Source of the DNA: Polyangiales bacterium
Lineage (GTDB): Bacteria; Myxococcota_A; Polyangia; Polyangiales; Polyangiaceae
DNA length: 64,000 nucleotides
NCBI GenBank assembly: GCA_038230375.1
Contig: JBBRNJ010000050.1
Span: 1-64,000, forward strand
Direction of reading: 5' to 3'
Every line of letters begins with the position of its first letter. Positions within the stretch are counted from its first letter, which is position 1. The translations under genes and the position numbers were made by a program. The notes under the pieces are model-generated. The model worked only from the letters and a program-made list of their open reading frames with translations. It was not told where the DNA came from and searched no databases. Of the stretch, positions 38,266-47,142 are shown piece after piece.

Positions 38266-39086
38266 GCTTGCTTGCACGAATCCTGGCGAAGAAGCGCGAG
38301 GAGGTGACGGATCTGAAGTCGAAGGTGTCCGCATACACGGACGCGTATGCGAGCTTCCAGACCCCGCCGAAGCGCGTGCGCGCACCGCTCGATGTTCGGA
38401 TCAAGCTGCGCCGGCCGCCGGGGAGCCCGCTCCGGCTGATCGCGGAGATCAAGTTCAAGAGCCCGAGCGCCGGCGCACTCTCGCGCGTGCTCGGCGTCGC
38501 GGACCGCGCGAAGGCCTACGCGGAGGCCGGCGCGTCCATGGTGAGCGTGCTCACCGATCACGAGTTCTTCGATGGCTCGTTCTCGAACCTGATGAGCGCC
38601 GGCGTCGCGCTGAGCAAGACGGACGTGCCGCTGCTCGCGAAGGAGTTCGTGATCGACCCCGTGCAGGTCACCGCCGCGGCGCGCTCGGGTGCGGACGCGG
38701 TCCTCCTCATCGTGCGCATCGTGGATGACGTTGCGCTGAAGGAGCTCTTCGCCGCGTGCAAGGAGGAGCGCATCGAGCCCCTCGTGGAAGTGTTCTCCGA
38801 GGCGGAGCTCGAACGTGCCGTCGCGCACGGCGCGCGCGTCATCGGCGTGAATGCGCGCGATCTGGACACGCTGGAGATCGATGCCCCACGCGCGGTCCGC
38901 GTCACCGCGAAGATCCCGAAGGACGTGATCGCCCTTCATCTATCTGGCGTGAAGACGAAGGACGACGTGACGCGGCTGGCGAAGGGGCCCGCCGACGGCG
39001 CGCTCATCGGCGAGGTGCTGATGCGCCAGGACGATCCGCGCCCGCTCCTGCGCTCGCTGGTCTCCGGCTCGCCAGTGCTAAACTAG
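38262..39086 (+). CDS. trpC: Indole-3-glycerol phosphate synthase
   Basis: IAEIK.KSPSAG, SVLTD..FF.G, KEFVIDP.Q, GVNARDL. Confidence 0.95.
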   Translation: MSLLARILAKKREEVTDLKSKVSAYTDAYASFQTPPKRVRAPLDVRIKLRRPPGSPLRLIAEIKFKSPSAGALSRVLGVADRAKAYAEAGASMVSVLTDHEFFDGSFSNLMSAGVALSKTDVPLLAKEFVIDPVQVTAAARSGADAVLLIVRIVDDVALKELFAACKEERIEPLVEVFSEAELERAVAHGARVIGVNARDLDTLEIDAPRAVRVTAKIPKDVIALHLSGVKTKDDVTRLAKGPADGALIGEVLMRQDDPRPLLRSLVSGSPVLN

Positions 39087-39108
39087 CCGCTGGGTGACGG
39101 CGGCTGAC

Positions 39109-39996
39109 TTACCTCACGTCGAAGTAGGTGCCCTTCTCGAGATCTTCGATGAGCCCCACGTGCGTGGGCGTCCATCCGAGCTTCTCTCGTGTGATCTCGC
39201 TCGACGCGGGGCCGTCCATTCCGGCAACGTGGCCCATGAAGCCGAGAGCCGCGCCCGCCTCTGCAGCCGTCTTTGACACCGCGGGAATGCCAAGACGCTT
39301 TGCGATGAGCTCCGCGATCTGCTTGAAGAGAACGCCTTCGTCGGCAACACAGTTGAACCGCGCGCCGGCCGCGCCCTGCTCGAGCGCGAGCCGATAGAGG
39401 TGCGCGGCGTCCAGGCGATGCACCGCAGGCCAGCGATTCTGTCCTTCGCCGACGTACATCGCGGCGCTCTTCTCCCGCGCGGAGCTGATGAGCATCGGGA
39501 CGAATCCGTGGTCACCATCTCCGTGCACCGATGGCGGCAACCGGACCACCATCGCGCGCACGCCTTGTGAAACGAGCGCGAGCGTCGCGGGCTCCGACTT
39601 GCGCGGAAACTCCGTACCGGGCGAGTCGTCCTCGGTACCAAGGCGACCGGTCGCAAGCCCGAGGACTCCCGACGTTCCGATGAACGGCTTGTTCGATCCC
39701 GCGAGGGTCGCGCCCATCGCCTCGATCGCGGCCTTGTCGGCCGCGCAGTTCTCCGCAAACTTCGAAAAATCGTGGATGAACGCGCAGTGGATGACCGCGT
39801 CGGCTGCAGCCGCGCCGCTCTTCAAGCTCGCAAGGTCGTCCAGGCTTCCGCGATGCACTTCGGCCCCCGCGGAGATGAGCGCCTTCGCGCCGTCATCCGA
39901 GCGCGAGAGCCCAAGCACCTTGTGACCCGCGCCGAGCAGCTCTTGCACGACAGCCGAGCCGATGAATCCCGTGGCGCCAGTGACGAATACTCGCAT
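39109..39996 (-). CDS. NAD-dependent epimerase/atypical SDR oxidoreductase
   Basis: MRVFVTGATGFIG, VIHCAFIHDF, VRLPPSVHG, WPAVHRLDAA. Confidence 0.93.
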   Translation of the reverse strand: MRVFVTGATGFIGSAVVQELLGAGHKVLGLSRSDDGAKALISAGAEVHRGSLDDLASLKSGAAAADAVIHCAFIHDFSKFAENCAADKAAIEAMGATLAGSNKPFIGTSGVLGLATGRLGTEDDSPGTEFPRKSEPATLALVSQGVRAMVVRLPPSVHGDGDHGFVPMLISSAREKSAAMYVGEGQNRWPAVHRLDAAHLYRLALEQGAAGARFNCVADEGVLFKQIAELIAKRLGIPAVSKTAAEAGAALGFMGHVAGMDGPASSEITREKLGWTPTHVGLIEDLEKGTYFDVR

Positions 39997-40020
39997 GGTT
40001 CAGTCCTCTCTCGAGCGGTG

Positions 40021-40037
40021 ATGTCAGTACCTGACAT
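40021..40037. promoter_or_regulatory. Palindromic putative TetR operator
   Basis: ATGTCAG-tac-CTGACAT just upstream of the SDR start. Confidence 0.7.
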
Positions 40038-40050
40038 GGTGATAGCACCC

Positions 40051-40070
40051 GATGTCAGTGACTGCAATCA
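40051..40070 (+). repeat. 20-bp direct repeat, left copy (operator-like)
   Basis: GATGTCAGTGACTGCAATCA, identical to 42761-42780. Confidence 0.95.
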
Positions 40071-40139
40071 CCCCTGGTTGGCGATCCATCCAACGATCTG
40101 GCGCCACCCCGCTCCGCAGCGCCGACCGCTGCCGGTTGA

Positions 40140-40631
40140 CTACGTGCCGCCCTCGGCCGCGAGATACGCTTTGAAGGAAGCGTACTTTCGCAGGGCGCCG
40201 GTCTCGCTGCACGCGATGTACATGCCCGGGTTCTTCAGCAACGCATTGATCACGAGCCCCTCGTATTCGGCGGGGACTACCCTCTTCAGGGTCGCCATCA
40301 AGGACTCGCGGTCTGCAAAGCTGAAGTGGCACTCCGCATCGTCGTGGGTACCAAGCTGATGGCTGCCGTCTACCTCGATCTCGAACTCGATGAGCCCCAG
40401 CCCGGCGCCTTCACGCTCAAGGAACTGTCGCAGGTCAAGGACGGATGCGAACGCTGGGAGGTCCTTCTCGGTTGCCCATCCATGGTGCTTGTACGACGTG
40501 GCACCAAAGCTTCTGATCGCGACGGGCGCCGCGGGGTCGAACAACGCCAGGCCCTGCGCCGTGGTGAGCTCACCCACGTACAGGTCCGACCGCCCATGGG
40601 CCACGTCGTATCGAAAAACGGTTCCCTTCAA
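40140..40631 (-). CDS. Hypothetical protein
   Basis: C-terminal part of the 463-aa ORF, lying outside the WD40 gene and globular in composition; start (TTG 40631) uncertain. Confidence 0.65.
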   Translation of the reverse strand: MKGTVFRYDVAHGRSDLYVGELTTAQGLALFDPAAPVAIRSFGATSYKHHGWATEKDLPAFASVLDLRQFLEREGAGLGLIEFEIEVDGSHQLGTHDDAECHFSFADRESLMATLKRVVPAEYEGLVINALLKNPGMYIACSETGALRKYASFKAYLAAEGGT

Positions 40632-40689
40632 GTCCAGGAGCGAACCCCATTCCGCGCGGGCGGGCAAGCCTCGTGCGATACTCCTTGAT

Positions 40690-42741
40690 GTGAAGCTGCT
40701 CACCAAGGTGACGCGTTCGGGGCTTCGGGCATCTCTCGGACTCGTGGTTGGACTGGGCGCCGGCGCGGGGTGCGGCGCTCCCGCTTCGCCCGCGCCTCCG
40801 GTCCACGCGGTCGTGGCGAACGTGGTCGATGCATCCGCGCCGCTCATGCCGCTCGCGGTCGCACCGGCGCCTGCGCGGCGCGTGGACATCGTTCCGAGCG
40901 GCGGCCACACCGACAGCGTGACCGCCGTCGCCTTCTCTCCCAGCGGCAAGCTCATCGCCTCCGGCGGTGACGACGCGACCATCAAGCTGTGGGACGCCGA
41001 GAGCGGCGCCCTTGTCCAGACGCTCACCGGCCACACGCGCCCGGTGCGCGCGATCGCGTTCATCGGCGAAGGGCGGCTTGCATCCGGCTCGGCGGATGGA
41101 ACGCTGCGCACCTGGGATCTCTCGACCGGCAAGGAGACACGCGTGATCGCCGCGCACCCGGGCGGCGTCAACGCCATTGCGATCTCTGCGGATGGTCGCG
41201 GCGCGCTCACGGGCGGCAGTGATCGCGTGGGCGCAACGGTCGCACAGAGCCACCACGCGCTCGCGCTCTGGGATCTGGGAGAGGGAGTGAAGCGCAGATC
41301 GATGGGCGACTTCCACGGCGCGATCCGGACGATCGCCTGGAGTCGCGACGGCCGGCGCGCCCTCGCCGCGTCGTACTGGCACGGCGACGCCACCCAGCTC
41401 TTCGACGCGGACGCCGGTGTCGCGCTGCGCTCGCTCTCGGTCAAGGAGATCACCAACGACGTCTCGCGCGTCGTGTTCACACCCGACGAGTCTCGCGCCG
41501 TCGTGGCCCACTGGGGCGGCAAGGTGCGCATCTACGAGCTCGCCAGCGGACGTGCGCTCCAGAGCATCGACGGCACCGGCCTCGTCAATCAGGTTGCGCT
41601 CGCGCCGTCTGGCGATCGCTACGTCACCATGAACCAGGCCACAGTCGAGGTCTGGGATGCGAAGCGTGGCGTCCTCGAGCGAACGATGAAGGGCCACGGG
41701 CACAACGTGGTATCGGTCGCGATTTCGCCGGACGGAAGCCGCGCAGTGAGCGGCAGCATCGACCGGAGCGTGCGCGTCTGGGACGTCGCAACCGGCGCGC
41801 AGCTCCGCGTGCTCGATGGTCTTGTCGGCTTCGACTGGGCGGTCGCGTACGCGCCGGACGGGCTCTCTGCAGCGACCGCTGGAGGGCGATGGGACGAGTC
41901 CGCGCGCGTGTACCGCGGCACCGAGATCCGCGTCGTGAGCCTGGAGACCGGCGCGGTGATCGCGACGCTCGCCGGCACGGGCAACGGCGAGACGCCCGCT
42001 CACGCCATGGCGTTCACGCCCGACAGCAAGCACCTGGTCACATCGCAGACCAGCACGGGGGAGGTTCGCCTCTGGGACGTGGCCACGAGGCGCGTGATCG
42101 CGTCCGGCGCGACGCGACTGACCGCGAAGGAGATCCGCGTGGTACCGGACGGCAGCGCCGCGCTACTCATGGCTGAGCAAGAGCGCATCGACATCGTCGC
42201 GCTCGACGGGATGACCGCGAAGGGCACCCTGGAGATGGGGCATGTCGAGAACCGCGCGATCTCGGTCTCGGCCGACGGCGCGAGCGTCGCGGTCGGGCAT
42301 GGGGGCGGCGTCGTCCACCTCTTCGACATGGCAACCGGACAGCGCCGCACGCTCGCCACGAAGGAAGACCTTGAGGGAACGCGGCCGATGCTCCGCCGGG
42401 TTGGTGCGCTCGCGTTCTCTCGCGATGGCGCGACGATCGCCGTGGGCGACGACGACTGCAGTAGTTGCAGATTGCACGTGCTCGACGTCCGCGGAGGCGC
42501 GACGGTCGTCGAGTGGCCGGTGCCGCCACGGGGCATCGCTTCACTCGCATTCACCGCCGACGGGCAGAGGCTCGTCTCGGGCGGGCGCGACGGGCGCGTC
42601 GTCGCCTGGGACCCACACACGGGCGCCGAGCTCGGGTCGGGCGTCGCGCACAAGGGCGACGTGATCGCCCTCCTCGTGTCGGGGCCCGATGTCCTCACCG
42701 CGGGCAAAGACACGGCGCTGCGCGTGTGGAAGCTCCCATGA
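40690..42741 (+). CDS. WD40-repeat (lipo)protein
   Basis: Lipobox-like GAGC; many GH...V..+AFS.DG....SG..D..++.WD repeats. Confidence 0.92.
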   Translation: MKLLTKVTRSGLRASLGLVVGLGAGAGCGAPASPAPPVHAVVANVVDASAPLMPLAVAPAPARRVDIVPSGGHTDSVTAVAFSPSGKLIASGGDDATIKLWDAESGALVQTLTGHTRPVRAIAFIGEGRLASGSADGTLRTWDLSTGKETRVIAAHPGGVNAIAISADGRGALTGGSDRVGATVAQSHHALALWDLGEGVKRRSMGDFHGAIRTIAWSRDGRRALAASYWHGDATQLFDADAGVALRSLSVKEITNDVSRVVFTPDESRAVVAHWGGKVRIYELASGRALQSIDGTGLVNQVALAPSGDRYVTMNQATVEVWDAKRGVLERTMKGHGHNVVSVAISPDGSRAVSGSIDRSVRVWDVATGAQLRVLDGLVGFDWAVAYAPDGLSAATAGGRWDESARVYRGTEIRVVSLETGAVIATLAGTGNGETPAHAMAFTPDSKHLVTSQTSTGEVRLWDVATRRVIASGATRLTAKEIRVVPDGSAALLMAEQERIDIVALDGMTAKGTLEMGHVENRAISVSADGASVAVGHGGGVVHLFDMATGQRRTLATKEDLEGTRPMLRRVGALAFSRDGATIAVGDDDCSSCRLHVLDVRGGATVVEWPVPPRGIASLAFTADGQRLVSGGRDGRVVAWDPHTGAELGSGVAHKGDVIALLVSGPDVLTAGKDTALRVWKLP

Positions 42742-42760
42742 CCATCCGAGACGTTCAGCT

Positions 42761-42780
42761 GATGTCAGTGACTGCAATCA
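42761..42780 (+). repeat. 20-bp direct repeat, right copy (operator-like)
   Basis: GATGTCAGTGACTGCAATCA, 16 nt before the tetR ATG. Confidence 0.95.
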
Positions 42781-42796
42781 GCTACCATCACGTCTC

Positions 42797-43420
42797 ATGA
42801 GTCGATGGGAACCGAACGCGCGCGGGCGCCTGACGGAGGCGGCGATGGCGCTCTACCGCGAGCGCGGGTTCGAGAAGACCACCGTGGAAGACATCGCAGC
42901 ACGCGCGGGCCTCACGGAGCGCACGTTTTTCCGCTACTTCGCCGACAAGCGCGAGGTCCTCTTCTGGGGAGCCAAGCCGCTGCAAGATCTCCTCGTTGAC
43001 GGCGTCGCGAGCGCCCCCGCGAAGGCCACGCCGATCGACGCGGTCGCACAGAGCCTCGTTGCAGTGGCCGCCGGCTTCGAGGAGCGCCGCGATTTCTCGC
43101 GCCAGCGTCAGGCGCTCATCACTGCGCACGCGGAGCTCATGGAACGCGAGCTCGCCAAGCTTGCTTCACTTGGTGCGGCGATCGCCGCCACGTTGCGACG
43201 GCGCGGCGTTCCCGAGCCTGCAGCCACGCTCGCGGCAGAGACCGGCATCACGGTCTTCAAGCTCGCGTTCGAGCACTGGCTCCGCGACGCGAAGCGAAGA
43301 GCGTTCGCGCACCACATCCGCGCGTTGTTCGAGGAGATCAGGGCGGTCACAGCCGGCAAGGCAACCCGGCCCGCTCGCCCTCGCCCAGCCCCACGCGCGA
43401 CGCGTCGAAGGAGAACGTGA
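42797..43420 (+). CDS. TetR-family transcriptional regulator
   Basis: MSRWEPNARGRL, G+EKTTVEDIAARAGLTERTFFRYFADKREVL HTH. Confidence 0.95.
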   Translation: MSRWEPNARGRLTEAAMALYRERGFEKTTVEDIAARAGLTERTFFRYFADKREVLFWGAKPLQDLLVDGVASAPAKATPIDAVAQSLVAVAAGFEERRDFSRQRQALITAHAELMERELAKLASLGAAIAATLRRRGVPEPAATLAAETGITVFKLAFEHWLRDAKRRAFAHHIRALFEEIRAVTAGKATRPARPRPAPRATRRRRT

Positions 43421-43493
43421 GGCCGGGGGCCATTCGCACGTACGCGTGGCGGATGAGGTGACGGAGTTCGAGGTCGTTCCTCACAAACCATTC

Positions 43494-43547
43494 TCATCAT
43501 CGGTCAAACCGATGGTGACCATCGGCGTTTTGGTCGACTGCTCGACC
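43494..43547. promoter_or_regulatory. Cluster of overlapping palindromes
   Basis: TCATCATCGGT-caa-ACCGATGGTGA, CCGATGGT-g-ACCATCGG, GGTCGA-ctgc-TCGACC. Confidence 0.5.
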
Positions 43548-43563
43548 GACATACGCTCATGGA

Positions 43564-44940
43564 ATGATCTTCCGCCCTTATCGTGCGCACGTTCGTTCGG
43601 CGCTCGGGCATCGATGCGTGTTGGCGATGTTGATCGGCACAGTCATTTCAGTGGCCGTTCTCGTCAGCTGCGTGGGCGACTCGACACAGACCGGAACGCC
43701 CGACAATGACGCGGCTACCGCGGCAGACGGTCAGGCGTCGCCCGCAGACGGCGACAGCGCTGACGCCGCCATGGTCACAAACGACGCTGGCGCGGACGCC
43801 AGTGTCGAGGCCACGGTTTCCGGAAGGGTGGTCGATCTTTCGGGAATGCCCTATGCCGGCGCAAAGGTGAGGACCGGCGGCGTGACCGTCACGACGGGCA
43901 GCGATGGGCTGTTCACGTTCTCTTCCGTACCGGCGAAGTACGACCTCGACGTTGCAGGAACGGACTCGAGCGGGCGCAGCTATCGCGGATTGAGCACCCG
44001 CGCGCCGATCGCCCACCTGCAGGGAACCCAGTACACGGCCCAGCTCACCTATGCGATGGCGGGACCAGCCCTGGACGCGGGAATGGACCAGATGAAGATC
44101 TTCTTCGTCGCAGGCACGAGCGTCAACGGCACGGGATTCATCACCACGTCCGGGTCCACCACGACGTCATGGGCTGGTTCTCCTACCGCCACCGGCACCC
44201 TGATCGCAGCGGTGATGAGCGGGGACAGCAGCGGCCACATCACATCGATTCGCGGGCAACCGTCCGCGTTGCCGGTCACCCTCACGGGAGGGGCCGCGGC
44301 CAGTCCCGCCTTTGGCTACGTGGACGCGACGCAGGCGACGATCTCGGGCACGTTGAACGGCACCGGCACGGCGTCTTACATCACGGCGACCCTGCACGAC
44401 CCGTCCCTTCCTCCCGTGGGGTTCCAGTACCTCGCCGAGGCGCCCATCTCGCTCACCAACTTCTCGGTCCCAACCGTCGGCTACAACGCGTCCACCTACG
44501 ACGTGGGCGTCACGTTCACGCAGGCGAATCCAAAGGAGCGGAGCACCGTCTTCATGACGGGCCTCGCGCCCAATGCGAGCGGCCTCAACGTCACCATACT
44601 GTTCCAGCCCGTGCATGTGACTCAGCCGACCGACAACGCCACGGGGATCGCGCTCGCAGGCTCCCTGTTCAAGTGGATGGGCCCAGCCGGCACGTTCCAG
44701 CTCGACATCTTCTGTGGCAGCTACAGCGTCACCGTCGTCACGTCAGCGACCTCGGAGACACTGACTGATTTCAGTGCCCTTGGCGTGACCCTGCCCGTCG
44801 CCGCCAGCTGCGTCTGGAACGCAACGTCCTACCCGACCCACCCGAGCGTGGACGACTTCGTAGGCGATTTCCCGTCGCTTGCAAAGATCCGTTCGTCCAG
44901 CCGCTCGACCGTCGCGGGTCTGGTGTTCAAGTCACCGTAG
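43564..44940 (+). CDS. Lipoprotein with carboxypeptidase-regulatory-like and other beta-sandwich domains
   Basis: Lipobox LVSC, DAG linker, VSGRVVD..G.P..GA.V......TT..DG.F.F..VP; S/T/G-rich. True start may be further in (for example 43627). Confidence 0.82.
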   Translation: MIFRPYRAHVRSALGHRCVLAMLIGTVISVAVLVSCVGDSTQTGTPDNDAATAADGQASPADGDSADAAMVTNDAGADASVEATVSGRVVDLSGMPYAGAKVRTGGVTVTTGSDGLFTFSSVPAKYDLDVAGTDSSGRSYRGLSTRAPIAHLQGTQYTAQLTYAMAGPALDAGMDQMKIFFVAGTSVNGTGFITTSGSTTTSWAGSPTATGTLIAAVMSGDSSGHITSIRGQPSALPVTLTGGAAASPAFGYVDATQATISGTLNGTGTASYITATLHDPSLPPVGFQYLAEAPISLTNFSVPTVGYNASTYDVGVTFTQANPKERSTVFMTGLAPNASGLNVTILFQPVHVTQPTDNATGIALAGSLFKWMGPAGTFQLDIFCGSYSVTVVTSATSETLTDFSALGVTLPVAASCVWNATSYPTHPSVDDFVGDFPSLAKIRSSSRSTVAGLVFKSP

Positions 44941-44949
44941 CGCTTGTGA

Positions 44950-45837
44950 TCAGGCGCGTGGGTGGGCCTTGTTGTAGGCCTCGCGGATGTGGTCCTGGGC
45001 GACCTTCGTGTAGATCTCCGTCGTGCCCAGGCTTGCGTGGCCGAGCATCGCCTGTACGGCGCGGAGATCGGCGCCGCCACGGAGGAGATGCGTCGCGAAC
45101 GAGTGACGCAGCTTGTGCGGCGACACGGCCGTGCGCACGCCGCATGCGCGCGCATACTTCGCGAGGAGCTTCCACACGCCTTGCCGCGTGAACGCGCCCC
45201 CGCGCGGCGACAGGAACAACACCTTCGAAGACAGCGCCTCCGGGTGATTCACCCGGACGTCTGCAAGGTACGCGCGCACGTGCTCCATCGACGCCTCGCC
45301 CATGGGCACGAGACGGCGCTTCTGCCCCTTGCCGAACGCAGCGACGGCGCCGCGCGAGAGGTCGACGTCCGCGAGCGTGAGCGAACACAGCTCACTCACG
45401 CGCAGCCCCGACGCATAGAGGACGTGGATCATGGCCGCGTGGAGCAAGCCGCGCGCGGTCGCCGTGTCGGGCCCAGCAAGGATGCGCGTCACGTCCTCGA
45501 ACGAGAGCGCCTTTGGCAGCCGCTTGCCGAGCTTTGGCCGCTCGACGAGCGCCGATGGATCGGCCTCCAGCACGCGCTCGCGCACGAGGAACTTGAAGAA
45601 GCCGCGCACCGACGACAGCACGCGCGCGCTCGTGCGGGGGCTCTTTCCCAGGTTCTCGCGCAGGAATGCGAACAGGTCGTCCTCGATCACCTCCGAGGCC
45701 AACGACTTGCCCCGCTGCTCCAGGCTGTCCGCGAGCGCGCCCAGATCGCGGCCGTACGCCTCGAGCGTGTTCTTCGACAGCCCGCGCTCCACCCGCACAT
45801 GGTCCAGATACGCGTCGATCGAAGACGAGACGTCCAC
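44950..45837 (-). CDS. xerD: Tyrosine recombinase XerD
   Basis: VERGLSKNTLEAY.RDL, LYASGLRVSEL, GKGQKRR.VP, SPHKLRHSFATHLL.GGADLRAVQ.MLGHA...TTEIYT. Confidence 0.9.
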   Translation of the reverse strand: MDVSSSIDAYLDHVRVERGLSKNTLEAYGRDLGALADSLEQRGKSLASEVIEDDLFAFLRENLGKSPRTSARVLSSVRGFFKFLVRERVLEADPSALVERPKLGKRLPKALSFEDVTRILAGPDTATARGLLHAAMIHVLYASGLRVSELCSLTLADVDLSRGAVAAFGKGQKRRLVPMGEASMEHVRAYLADVRVNHPEALSSKVLFLSPRGGAFTRQGVWKLLAKYARACGVRTAVSPHKLRHSFATHLLRGGADLRAVQAMLGHASLGTTEIYTKVAQDHIREAYNKAHPRA

Positions 45838-45866
45838 ATCAAAACCATAGCTCGGACGGCGATCCG

Positions 45867-46733
45867 ATGCCTCTTTTCGGCTGTCTCCGTGGTATCTGGG
45901 GCGACGTGGACTCCCCCGCTCCCGTCGACCTCCGTGAGCCGAAGGTGCCCGCGACGCCGCTGATCGTCGAGGTGCCGCATGCAGGCACGTTCGTCGACGA
46001 CGTCACGCGCGCAACGCTCGCCGTTGACGCCAGCGGCATCGCCCGCGACGCGGACCTGTTCGTGGACGAGCTGTACGCGCTGGCCCCGACCGTGGGCGCG
46101 ACGCTCATCACCACCCCGTTCTCCCGCTACGTCGTGGATCTCAACCGGGGCGAGACCGACCTGGACGAGGCGACCGTGGAGGGCGGCCCGCGCGAGCCTC
46201 GCGCGACGCGCGGCCTGGTGTGGCGGCTCACGAGCGACAATCGACGCGCGATCACCAGGCCGCTCACCCGCGCGGAGGTGAACCGACGCCTGGACCTGCT
46301 CTACCGCCCGTACCACGCGGCGCTCAGCCGCCTGATCGACGAGCGACGCGCCAAGTTCGGCTTCGCCATCGTGCTCGCGGGTCACTCGATGCCGGGCACC
46401 GGTCGCGCTGGCCACGGTGACGCCGCGCGCGTCCGCGCCGATGTCGTGCCCGGAACACGCGGGCGGACCTCTGCGGCCGACGTCTTCATCGACGCGGTGG
46501 ACAGCCAGGCCCGCGCCGCTGGCTTCACGGTCGAGCACGACACTCCCTATCGCGGCGGCTTCACCACGACCCACTACGGCCGCCCGGCCGACAACGTTCA
46601 CGTCGTCCAGCTGGAGCTCGCCCGCCGGCTCTACATGAACGAGGGAACGCTGGTGCGGGCGCCGGGGAAATTCGAGCTTCTGCGTGCATTCTGCACGGAT
46701 CTTGCCGCCCGGCTGGGCAGCGCCAAGCCCTGA
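45867..46733 (+). CDS. N-formylglutamate amidohydrolase family
   Basis: VPHAG, D.DLFVDELY, SRYVVDLNR, YRPYHAAL, HSMP, PYRGGFTT..YG, QLELAR.LYM. Start may be GTG 45906. Confidence 0.92.
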   Translation: MPLFGCLRGIWGDVDSPAPVDLREPKVPATPLIVEVPHAGTFVDDVTRATLAVDASGIARDADLFVDELYALAPTVGATLITTPFSRYVVDLNRGETDLDEATVEGGPREPRATRGLVWRLTSDNRRAITRPLTRAEVNRRLDLLYRPYHAALSRLIDERRAKFGFAIVLAGHSMPGTGRAGHGDAARVRADVVPGTRGRTSAADVFIDAVDSQARAAGFTVEHDTPYRGGFTTTHYGRPADNVHVVQLELARRLYMNEGTLVRAPGKFELLRAFCTDLAARLGSAKP

Positions 46734-46751
46734 GGAGCCCCTCCAAACCGC

Positions 46752-46780
46752 TTGACAGACCGGGCCCCGTATAGGATTGT
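46752..46780 (+). promoter_or_regulatory. Putative sigma70 promoter of rpmB
   Basis: Perfect TTGACA at 46752, 17-nt spacer, weak -10 GATTGT. Confidence 0.45.
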
Positions 46781-46824
46781 CCCGGCCCCTCGTTCACGAG
46801 AACGGACTTTCAGGATTTACTGCC

Positions 46825-47049
46825 ATGGCGAAGAGCGACATCACCGGTAAGCGCAAACTCCGCGCACAGAACGTCAGCCACTCGAACATCAAGACGAAGC
46901 GGTGGCAGAACGTCAACATCCAGACGCGCCGTCTCTACGTGCCGGAGCTCGGTCGCTTCGTGACGTTGAAGGTGACAACGCGCGACATCCGCACGATCGA
47001 CAAGATCGGGCTCGTCGCGTACGCGAAGCGTCACGACCTCAAGCTCTGA
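46825..47049 (+). CDS. rpmB: 50S ribosomal protein L28 (Cys-free form)
   Basis: ITGK...NVSHSNIKTKR...NIQ.RR.YVPE.GRFV.LKV..RTIDK.G. Confidence 0.95.
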   Translation: MAKSDITGKRKLRAQNVSHSNIKTKRWQNVNIQTRRLYVPELGRFVTLKVTTRDIRTIDKIGLVAYAKRHDLKL

Positions 47050-47115
47050 CGCACCAGAGCTCCTGAAATCGCTCGGCCGAGAGGCCAGCTCCACCGGCTC
47101 GCCGCTTCCGCAAGG

Positions 47116-47140
47116 AGCCGCGGGCCGTCGGCTTTTTGTT
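47116..47140 (+). terminator. Probable intrinsic terminator after rpmB
   Basis: AGCCG...CGGCT stem followed by TTTTGTT. Confidence 0.55.
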
Positions 47141-47142
47141 GC

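Noticed and set aside
40084..40142. Integron attC site after the 40140 gene (minus strand GTCAAC...GTTGGAT)
   Set aside because: The R boxes are only partly complementary, there are no properly spaced L boxes, and the nearby recombinase is XerD-like without the IntI insertion.
44950..45837. Phage or ICE integrase marking a mobile element
   Set aside because: The sequence matches housekeeping XerD throughout; no phage, conjugation or tRNA att features are nearby.
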